The position numbers and the translations under genes are program-made. DNA of 64,000 nucleotides, taken from the IMG/VR virus record IMGVR_UViG_3300042937_000239, one strand, 5' to 3'. Below the pieces are notes generated by a model that was not told the origin of the DNA, did no database searches, and saw only the letters and a list, made by a program, of their open reading frames with translations. Shown here in pieces: positions 57,601 to 64,000 of this stretch (the stretch's first letter is position 1; every line of letters starts with the position of its first letter). This stretch comes from an uncultured virus (IMG/VR IMGVR_UViG_3300042937_000239) (Duplodnaviria > Heunggongvirae > Uroviricota > Caudoviricetes).

Positions 57601-60600
57601 TTAGAGTTTATTGGAGATAACTGGAAAGAAGCATTAGCTGCATCTATAATGGTTCTTGTAGGCAATAAGCTAAGATTGCTAAAAGCTGTTGGTGAAGCGG
57701 CTCCTGTTGTTGCGGGAGAAGGCGGGGCAGCTGCACTTGGTCAATGGATGTCTGGGCAGGGTGGTAATCTTGTAAGAACTGCAGTAGCTTTTACTGGCGT
57801 TAAAATGCTAGAAGAAGATGTTAGTACAGCAGTTGCTTCTGGTGCTATTGAAGGTGCTGCCTTAGGATTCTCAGTACCTACCTTGTATAAACCTATAACA
57901 GCTGGTGTTGGTGCTGCGATTGGTGCTGCAATAGGCTATGTTACATCTAAGTTTTCAAACAGAAATCTAACAGATTACTTATCTAGAAATTATGTACAGT
58001 TCCCGTCTAAACAAGGCTTTATGCCTGAAATACAGACAACTTATGATCCTCGTAAAAGGGCAGAAATAAAACCAATTGGCCCTGATTTGTCTGAAATGGA
58101 TAGAGCAAGACTTGAAGCTGAAAATCTTCGAGTTTCATTTGTAAACTCTGTAAAGAGTTCTAATGAAGCATATACATCAATGGATAAAAGTTCTCCATTG
58201 GCATTAGAGTACGCAGATAGGCTTTCTAATTTAGACACTGTATACGCAAATTTCAAGAAGTTTAGATATGAGGTTACTCCTGAAGGTGCAACGTTTGATA
58301 ATAAAACATTAGCAGCTAATTATTATGCTAGTATAGATCGAAACATTGATGCTTTGACAGAGTGGACAGACGCTGCTAAAAAGCAAACTGAAGTGCTTAA
58401 ACAAGTATCTGCTAGAGAAGCTATTGCTAAGAATGAACCTGGATTCTGGAAACCGCTTGGTGTAACTTTAGACAATCTTAAAGACTTCCAATTGACAGGA
58501 CGTTCTTTTGATGTTGGTAAAGATCTTAAAGCTCGTGGTGAAACGCTTGTAAAGCAAACACAATTTCCTACAAATGAGCTTAGCAATGCTAATTTGTTTG
58601 AAAAGAAAAGACTTGCTGATAAAAGAACTTATTTGCAAACATTAGAAGCTGATAAGTACTTATCAAGCCAAATGGCTGTTACAAAATTAGGCAACGATAT
58701 CAATCTAGGTTTGACAGAAGAGCTTAAGTACTTGTCTGAAGATCTTACAGACACCCTAAGAGAACGTATTCGTAAGATTCAGTTTGTAGAAGACCAGTCG
58801 CTTAATAAATTACAAAAGCCTTCTTTAGAAAATATTGACTTATTGCCATTGGCGGAAAGAAGTGCAGCTAAGGCGCGTAATGAGATATTACAAGAGAGAT
58901 ACGCAGCTGAATTGGTTCGTAGAAAACAAGAGCAAAAGAATCTTCCTGGTTTTAGGTTTGAGACTAAGCAAAATGCTTTTGAAAACATGCTTAAAACACC
59001 AGAAGCTCTTAGTGCTAAGTTGACAAACCTATATGCAGCAGATGCTTCAAAAGTCTTAGGCAGTTACAGAGAGATTGGTGTAGAGCAAACTAATAACTTA
59101 TTACTTAATAAAGAGCAATTAAATATATTAAGAGAGTATGCAGTTGCTGACCACCAGTTAGACTTAGTTGTTGATATTGATAAATTGCTAAATAGCGTAG
59201 ATAGAGCATTAACACCGATTGCAATGTCTGTAAGTGCGACTCTTGAAGCTGCTTTTAGCGGATTAAGTGTTGATTTGCTACCTCAAGACACTTTCTTAGA
59301 GTTGAAGAGTATTGGTAATCAAATAGCACGTATTAAGAAAGATTTGGATGATCCTGAGTCACAGTTCTTACCACAAGAAGATTTAATTGCTAAACAAAAA
59401 GCTTTGAAAGATCTTAAGTTAAGGGCAGATGATCTTGCAGCTGTTTTGAAGAATACAACTGGCGAAAGTATGATGTCAGCTGTATCTGATTTAGGTTTAA
59501 CTGCCGCACAAAGATCTAGAATAACATTAGATCAAATGAGTGCTGCGTTAGCTTTAAGCCGAGGTAAAGCCTCTGTAACTTCTCAGCTATCTATGGCTAC
59601 AACTCCGCAAGAACAGCAACGCTTGATACGTAAGGCAGCTGGCTACGAAAGTACTACTGAATTGTTGAAATTTACAGCAACTCTCGATAAGTCAGGGTTT
59701 AGTACTGTAGCAGAAGCTCTTGGTATTGATCTTAATAAATTAAGTACAAGAGGTAAAAGTCTCTTAAAAGAATTCTCTGGTCTTGCAAAATACATTAATA
59801 TTTTGAAGTCAGATTCTATTGAACTTAATGATCAAGCAGCTGTTGATAAGTACCTAAATAGTTTACAGGCGTTAGCACGTTTAACAGAACGTGTACAAAT
59901 GACTGCTAAGCAAAATACATTAGATATTTTAAATGAGTTAAGTGGTAATTCAAATGGATTGAATCTTTCTGAACAGCTATCTGTAGGTGTTGCAAATGGT
60001 CTTGCTAATACTGCTAAACTTTTGAAACAACAACTCTCAGAAGCTATTACTAATAGCGGTGATGTACTAGATAGCGTTGCAATTCGTATTGGCAAAAATA
60101 TCCAAGCATTATCTAGCTATCAACCATTGCTATCATTCTTTGCAATGCTTGCTGATAAGGCTGAAGCAGCTATTCACGGTGGTATTGGTAAAGCATTAGA
60201 ACAAGTTAATAAAGCATTTCCAGATCTTAAGATAGATGCTACTGAACTTGGAAAGATGGATCCAGGCGCAAGAAAATCACTTACTGATAGAGCTTACAAC
60301 TTAAATATTCTAACTGAGTTACAAAGTGGCCCTTTGAATGAAGATCAAGCAAATGTCTTGAATAGACTAAAAGAGCTTGGCCCTGAAAAGACCATTGAAG
60401 AATTTGCTAAAGTAGGAAAATCCCTATTAGAGTCTGTTGGATTTACTGATGTACAGCTTAACACAGTAGCATTAGATGGCGTGCAAGATGCGTTGAAGTT
60501 TAACACAGCTGCATTAAATGCCAATACAGTTGCCAATGGCGGCAAGCCTACTGAAGTACCACCAAACAAGTCTGTTGATGTTACAACAAAACCTACAAAA

Positions 60601-63600
60601 GATTTTGGCAATACTAGTGACAGATACGATGAATTGTTTAGAAAGTACGCTGAAATAAATAAAGTACCTTTTGAACTTGTTAAAGCAATTGCTGCAAGCG
60701 AAACTAATAATTTTAGTACAAAAGCTGTAAGCAGTCAGGGTGCAGTAGGTATCATGCAACTTATGCCTACAACGGCGGAATACTATGGTGTTTCTGATCG
60801 TACTGATCCAGAGGAATCTATTTCTGGAGGTACTAGATATCTTAAGCGTTTAATGAAGTTGTTCCCAACTTTCCCAGAAGTAGCGGCAGCTTACAATGCT
60901 GGAGAAGGTAGTGTACAGAAGGCTAATGCAAAAGCTAAAGCTAGTGGTGGTACTTTCTTAGACTACTTGCCTAAGCCTAAGGAAACTGTTCCATATGTTT
61001 CTAAGGTAATGACTGCGTATGATACGTTTGCAGGTAATGTTGCTCCGCCAAAACAAGCCTCTGGACCTTTTGAGAATTATGATATATTAAAACCAGTATT
61101 AGACAAAGCAGTACGCAGAAGTCCTATTGGTTCTTTTAACAAAAACCTTCAAAATTTCATACCATTCGGAGGCTACGAAAATCTAATAGAACCACCACCA
61201 TCTGGTTCTTCTTATGAAGATGTAACAAGAATACAGGGTAAAATTACTCTGGGCAAGCCTTTCAAACCAAACACATTAGATGGCGGAACTAGTCCTGATA
61301 TTATTGTAGGTGGTATAAACCTTACTGTTCAAGACGAAGCCATTAAAATGGTTGATCGCTTAGATTCTTTTAATAGAATGTTTGGTAACTTTGCTTCTGA
61401 TGGGATTGGCAATACTTTAGATAAAGTCCGTGAAAACATTTCAAATAGCTTATCGTATAATGAGCCTTATGATTATCAATATAAAGCTGAAAAGATTGCA
61501 GATCAAGTAAGTGTTAATACTAATTTACCTGAACTAAAGCTGGCAGATTTGCCTAACAAAGATGTTAAAATGTTAGGACAACAAGTAGATATACGCCCTG
61601 CTGCTAATGAGTTAGAAATCCTAAAGAATGCTCTTCCCAAAGAAGCGCGTACATTGTTAGAAAAGTTTAATACTAGCAATAAGCCTTTGGCTGGTAAGTA
61701 TGGAGATGCCTTAGGTGTTGACCCTAAAACATTAGAAACATTATCTGGTTCTCAGTTTGCTGCATTAGACAAAATGACGCAAGCAAGAGCTAATGTACAG
61801 CAACAACTTACAGAAGGTCTTGGTACTAAAGGTTATGATGCTTCAGCAGCAACGCAAGCGCTAAAGAATCTTGATGATCAAATTAATTCTTTTGTTGAAG
61901 GTGTAAATGCTAATATTGCTGAGCTTAAATTAGAAAAAGCTGGCGCATATACGGCAGCTAACAAAGATAATATTACTGGATTCTTAAATAAATTTAGTTC
62001 TATTGGTACTGAAGTAACTGGCATGATGAGTGAAGCAGATAAAGCTACTGCCAAATCTATGGCTATTCAGAAATTGTACTTAGAAGATAAGTTGGCAAAA
62101 GACAGTATTGCTGGAAAGTCAACCCAGGCAACAAGCAAACAGTTAGCTGATTTGGCGGATGCAGAGGGTTACCTTAAAGATAAAACTTTAGAAGCTGCTA
62201 ATGCTGCTAGAGAGGCAGGTAAGACATTTGCAGAGTCATTAACCTCTACGTTTAAGGACGCATTTAAAGGTCTTTTAAACAGAGAAAGTGATAAGGGTAA
62301 ATCTATATTTAAAACTTTTGCTGACAAACTTATTACAGGGATTAAAGATCAAACTGTAGATATCTTTACAAATGCTGTAACAGATAGTATTGGCCTTGGC
62401 AAAGGCGGAGTGCTTAGTAAAATGTTAAGTAAAACAGGTACAGGACTTTCTTCTGGTTTCCGCGCATTGGGTGGCGGTGTTCAAAGCCTGCTATCTGGCA
62501 AAGGAAGTTGGGAAGGATTTACATCTGGCGTTAGTAATTGGTTTAGCAATTTGACTTCTGATCTTGATAACGCTACGCCTGAAGAGATTCAAATGGCGGC
62601 AGCTACAAAATTCTCTGACGCGGTGGACAGATTTGCAGGCGGGAGTGCCATTTCTGGTGCCGCTAATGCGGCTACAGGAAGCGGAATTGGCAGTGCCTTG
62701 ATGAGTGCCTTGCCGTGGGTTGGCGGTGCCGCAGGCGTTGCGGGGTTGGGCTATATGGCAACTAAAGGCGGTGACTGGAGTAGTGGTTTAAAAGATCTTG
62801 GTGCTAATTTTACAACTAAAGCTGGTAGTGCATTAACACCTTCCGGCAATCCTATGGAGACATTAGATCCACGTACAGGGTTGTTTGGTAAAATGGATTC
62901 TTTTGATGCTGATGTTACAGGCTTATTTAATAATAAGAGTAGCAGTAACAAGAACGGCTGGTCAGCTGGTCTATCAGATTCTTTAGCTAAGAGTACCCCT
63001 GACACTACAGGCCTGTGGGATATAATTATGAAACCTATTAAATGGTTCTTTAGTTTAATAGGCGATGGTTTTACAGGAATTATGTCATTCTTTACGGGTG
63101 CTGGGCAGGGCGTTGGGACTAGTTCAGGTAAGCCTGAAAGTGCTACAAGCCCCTTAGATAGTCTTAAGCTTAAGTTTGCTAATGGCGGACCAGTCTCAGG
63201 CGGTGGTACAACTACTTCTGATTCTATACCTGCAATGCTATCTGATGGTGAGTTTGTAGTTAATGCAAAGGCTACCAAAGAAAACAGAGAAATGTTGGAG
63301 CGTATTAATCGTGGTGAAGTAATCAAACGTTCACTAGGCGGTATTGTCTCAATGGGTACAAGCCTTGCAGGAAGAGCTATTGGCGGTAAAACAGGAACAG
63401 CCCTAAGTTCATTAGGTTCTATTGCTAGTGGTGTTGCAGGCATGCTATCTAGTCAGCAAGCTGAACAAGCCGCTGAGTCTTTGTTAGCCGCATCTCAACA
63501 CTTAGAAACAGCCGCAACAGCCTTAGAAAACTTTGCAGCCACTGGCAGTATGGGTGGCGGTGCTGGTGGTTTTGGCGGTCTTAATGGCAGTACAATCGGC

Positions 63601-64000
63601 TTAAACGGCATTCCAGAGGGTATGACAAATTTCTCTAGACAGACAGGTATGGAGGGTGCAACCACTCAGGGTATTGCCGATACAAGCGGTTATGGCGCTA
63701 CGCCTGGATTAACACCAATATCTAGTGTAGGTATGGGTGATCTATCGGCTTCAGGTGGTATGGTTGGTGGTGGCGGTGGAATGTTTGATGGTATTTTTGA
63801 CTTCTTTTCAAAATTAGATTTTGGTAAGATGTTTGGAAGTCTTGGCAGTCTGTTTGGTCTTGGGGCTGCTACTGGTGGACATATTGTTGGCCCAGGTTCT
63901 GGTACTTCTGACTCTATTCCAGCTAACTTGTCTAACGGTGAGTTTGTCGTAAACGCAGCAGCTACTAAGGGTAATCTAGGGTTATTACACTCTATCAACG
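51601..64000 (+). CDS. giant tape-measure protein (>4130 aa, 3'-truncated) with an SLT lytic transglycosylase domain
   Basis: GGAG RBS and ATG 51601; tape-measure N-domain (QLGQAFSSGVLRGEELNSVMEQTP); absent from the ORF track, consistent with no stop before the window end; SLT at ~60620-61020; GT.TSDSIPA.LS.GEFVVNA motifs near the end. Confidence 0.88.
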   Translation, partial: MSGIVIEVDANTRKAQRNLEEVNTTVKSISQSVNSMADGFKSAFIAIGTTFAADQLLKYVEETTSSLQEMENKVALVVGKSNELYDTQVRLRNIADETNGTYRETVEVFTAMGRAMRNTNVDIDKLARSSKTIQQAVAISGSSAESSKAALTQLGQAFSSGVLRGEELNSVMEQTPRIAGMIADSMGVTLGQMRLIAAQGEITSEVIFKALADQAETINKEFKNIVPTLSTGFLKLKENAAYVFVEFDKGLALSEKLSKSVYNLSQELGKSVDKAYLLGNALRFSLVGFKNPLEDLLEPVKQMLEISIYAIQHSLDTIGLTRFITTVIEPFVTQFTAAIDIAIMRWQMFGKMLRSVKGDDMFYLLKPMQAIGEITALTLRNTLVKVSAEILAYEQSVTGRFRAFIIKEMRSFNIGGEIVWYRMSKQLIQNLRDTVFGTDSVAGIISSFVGSLFLTLSTDLVSGLRDLGETLAGYNILEKLFGVSFGGSKLARIAGNLMVTVAGLVDSLMNSLVNASETFTEELYYRLAEGLNLVLPKFAQIDMPIAFKVHVVFSNIEQSLDKVLDSLVSATAMLSKIDLFGALTDAASYASGVFVEVLNVLLHWITTFSELALRGDLTNWFEALVDKVQYYSDTLIKALAPIQAFGDAVIQVFFEIYDAVIAHSWWTDTIDEIIYTSATLWGNTSVGLKTFGDNVIDLFEVIYTKIGGVLNRIASLDLSKTMFKLNSKLYAYSPNLAGYAKAIEDSIQKSVVFLRDVFSNDLLFKGLRYSFTDTMSGVLSFVNQRFRAWFNTWPLALRQAFSATVMATIFSSLPKVIADGVIGGWLLASSIIAGTSLAITITANTFDKSLGVELGKAAGDIASGVVNGSLVDIPRLIGEGFAFFGNFMENFLTGLPYLGVIFSGIFKIASLFGSAPAVGLLGAWLFGGSLVRLMVELGVYRKGLSDVLQRQRSVQSFFMGTYTGNKTAGGQPTPLGKMSKAFFNDTNRTQSLAITGLMMDFSGMFNSLYKDNVIGHAIARGGLIWLALTGESGLKDLKTGVLDPMLSHLHNAMDRSPVWGKVRDKWRKEVTMSGTGGFSGFTQWMARELNNISLKTSDHLSKAFSKSNKINGGTFLQHLLLGRDANTSGFFDRFILGIESGMKRLQDKIANMKGGSLLNKIIPTPKQIFTALFLVGSLLSAMSAQGATIDSDNYSPFKNYSAKDKDSEKIPTPMFPDANPLQATLDFWESMTATTTQILLAVTAATGVSMIVFKEYKRFAAATYANIDRGALVMSGLSYTLKTIFSMAVEGLVGVIRLLYLETIQFRRPELAGLELLTVRIRSAMAVVLRFLAAVYAPQLFGFGAIGTGLSALGAYAAYMSGPGIALRTAVNARLEAAIIAKDAMFMKLDAKFAKLAYTNATLAPALPLLRTVDMLLQGAAAVGSRAATKAFRLPEGVLAESIASARKSRIAQYMNAPSYAVAAANMATGGERARANFINATDKKGLRNAFGVQETIAVLDVLSSGMRRFANTLKVISGTVDFAMKGISAAATYRATSLLMALYVIGNLVNAIANPKKRGEQEGFMGTGHSMGFDYLGNMPVPGGGEIPLSHLLIPAAIGTFMMKSAKKVGLSRAHDVQMDKITKRWERQNATAIAADEAATRSYNLQKYMFERSAPGTMVPPIMPTMTAPPRPQRLNETQLAARDARKNAKLEWERNQANENWMARQNAKEFARRGIGSAAEFMAMDAVQRSLSGVRLTQKEFLDQRHAERMAAGKGSVIRHNMPAVAGAGIAGAGLLAAGGYLGAKAGSMMSDGSQDGISMGLGIGAVVAGIYGRDIVTGVFNALSNTKNLKLFKWTWIPVALAAAWDSISTAHKTLWDRMSELWEGFKKSIGLKSEPKDAKTGLTESSMIEAAKLGLAPSFDISKIDMSKLSYSEETVFKDTQKRTEEALAASMAERLKMGMVADETANAASEALKALSRVSKEFAAKTKIDVEAMANQMTMLDTRNTVDPSRGTQALEFIGDNWKEALAASIMVLVGNKLRLLKAVGEAAPVVAGEGGAAALGQWMSGQGGNLVRTAVAFTGVKMLEEDVSTAVASGAIEGAALGFSVPTLYKPITAGVGAAIGAAIGYVTSKFSNRNLTDYLSRNYVQFPSKQGFMPEIQTTYDPRKRAEIKPIGPDLSEMDRARLEAENLRVSFVNSVKSSNEAYTSMDKSSPLALEYADRLSNLDTVYANFKKFRYEVTPEGATFDNKTLAANYYASIDRNIDALTEWTDAAKKQTEVLKQVSAREAIAKNEPGFWKPLGVTLDNLKDFQLTGRSFDVGKDLKARGETLVKQTQFPTNELSNANLFEKKRLADKRTYLQTLEADKYLSSQMAVTKLGNDINLGLTEELKYLSEDLTDTLRERIRKIQFVEDQSLNKLQKPSLENIDLLPLAERSAAKARNEILQERYAAELVRRKQEQKNLPGFRFETKQNAFENMLKTPEALSAKLTNLYAADASKVLGSYREIGVEQTNNLLLNKEQLNILREYAVADHQLDLVVDIDKLLNSVDRALTPIAMSVSATLEAAFSGLSVDLLPQDTFLELKSIGNQIARIKKDLDDPESQFLPQEDLIAKQKALKDLKLRADDLAAVLKNTTGESMMSAVSDLGLTAAQRSRITLDQMSAALALSRGKASVTSQLSMATTPQEQQRLIRKAAGYESTTELLKFTATLDKSGFSTVAEALGIDLNKLSTRGKSLLKEFSGLAKYINILKSDSIELNDQAAVDKYLNSLQALARLTERVQMTAKQNTLDILNELSGNSNGLNLSEQLSVGVANGLANTAKLLKQQLSEAITNSGDVLDSVAIRIGKNIQALSSYQPLLSFFAMLADKAEAAIHGGIGKALEQVNKAFPDLKIDATELGKMDPGARKSLTDRAYNLNILTELQSGPLNEDQANVLNRLKELGPEKTIEEFAKVGKSLLESVGFTDVQLNTVALDGVQDALKFNTAALNANTVANGGKPTEVPPNKSVDVTTKPTKDFGNTSDRYDELFRKYAEINKVPFELVKAIAASETNNFSTKAVSSQGAVGIMQLMPTTAEYYGVSDRTDPEESISGGTRYLKRLMKLFPTFPEVAAAYNAGEGSVQKANAKAKASGGTFLDYLPKPKETVPYVSKVMTAYDTFAGNVAPPKQASGPFENYDILKPVLDKAVRRSPIGSFNKNLQNFIPFGGYENLIEPPPSGSSYEDVTRIQGKITLGKPFKPNTLDGGTSPDIIVGGINLTVQDEAIKMVDRLDSFNRMFGNFASDGIGNTLDKVRENISNSLSYNEPYDYQYKAEKIADQVSVNTNLPELKLADLPNKDVKMLGQQVDIRPAANELEILKNALPKEARTLLEKFNTSNKPLAGKYGDALGVDPKTLETLSGSQFAALDKMTQARANVQQQLTEGLGTKGYDASAATQALKNLDDQINSFVEGVNANIAELKLEKAGAYTAANKDNITGFLNKFSSIGTEVTGMMSEADKATAKSMAIQKLYLEDKLAKDSIAGKSTQATSKQLADLADAEGYLKDKTLEAANAAREAGKTFAESLTSTFKDAFKGLLNRESDKGKSIFKTFADKLITGIKDQTVDIFTNAVTDSIGLGKGGVLSKMLSKTGTGLSSGFRALGGGVQSLLSGKGSWEGFTSGVSNWFSNLTSDLDNATPEEIQMAAATKFSDAVDRFAGGSAISGAANAATGSGIGSALMSALPWVGGAAGVAGLGYMATKGGDWSSGLKDLGANFTTKAGSALTPSGNPMETLDPRTGLFGKMDSFDADVTGLFNNKSSSNKNGWSAGLSDSLAKSTPDTTGLWDIIMKPIKWFFSLIGDGFTGIMSFFTGAGQGVGTSSGKPESATSPLDSLKLKFANGGPVSGGGTTTSDSIPAMLSDGEFVVNAKATKENREMLERINRGEVIKRSLGGIVSMGTSLAGRAIGGKTGTALSSLGSIASGVAGMLSSQQAEQAAESLLAASQHLETAATALENFAATGSMGGGAGGFGGLNGSTIGLNGIPEGMTNFSRQTGMEGATTQGIADTSGYGATPGLTPISSVGMGDLSASGGMVGGGGGMFDGIFDFFSKLDFGKMFGSLGSLFGLGAATGGHIVGPGSGTSDSIPANLSNGEFVVNAAATKGNLGLLHSIN

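Noticed and set aside
53949..63998. Many minus-strand ORFs across the last 10 kb
   Set aside because: Antisense shadows of the uninterrupted + strand tape-measure frame
1..64000. Stop-codon reassignment
   Set aside because: Core genes are full length under the standard code, with TAA, TAG and TGA all used as real stops
1..64000. tRNAs, integrase/repressor, reverse transcriptase/DGR, DNA-modification cluster
   Set aside because: None recognisable by eye in this window; a tRNAscan/HMM run would be needed to exclude them formally

Overview
A 64-kb segment of an AT-rich, apparently lytic, long-tailed (siphovirus-type) dsDNA phage, with all credible genes on the + strand. Order: end of a tail/holin block (1-0.9 kb); a GC-rich non-coding junction; small early genes led by an AcrVA2/FinQ-like protein, with an intergenic hammerhead ribozyme (1.2-4.7 kb); a stand-alone T7-like RNA polymerase; T7-like replication and nucleotide genes (SSB, Pol A, exonuclease, primase-helicase, RNR, ligase, kinase; 9-21 kb); accessory genes with an expanded paralogue family (21-27 kb); terminase; a fibre/adhesin block; lysozyme; portal; capsid and tail genes; and a tape-measure protein of more than 4100 aa that runs off the window. 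The standout is a second single-subunit RNA polymerase fused behind a MuF/SPP1-gp7 minor head domain (40026-44960). It is cysteine-free outside the MuF motif and is a candidate portal-loaded, injected virion RNAP. Two exact-repeat promoter-like motif classes (22 bp x3 early; 18 bp x7 at module starts) fit a two-polymerase cascade. Tad2-like and Gp49/66-family putative immune-signal sponge genes follow the fusion. All family calls come from motif recognition by eye; no database search was run, and the host cannot be determined.
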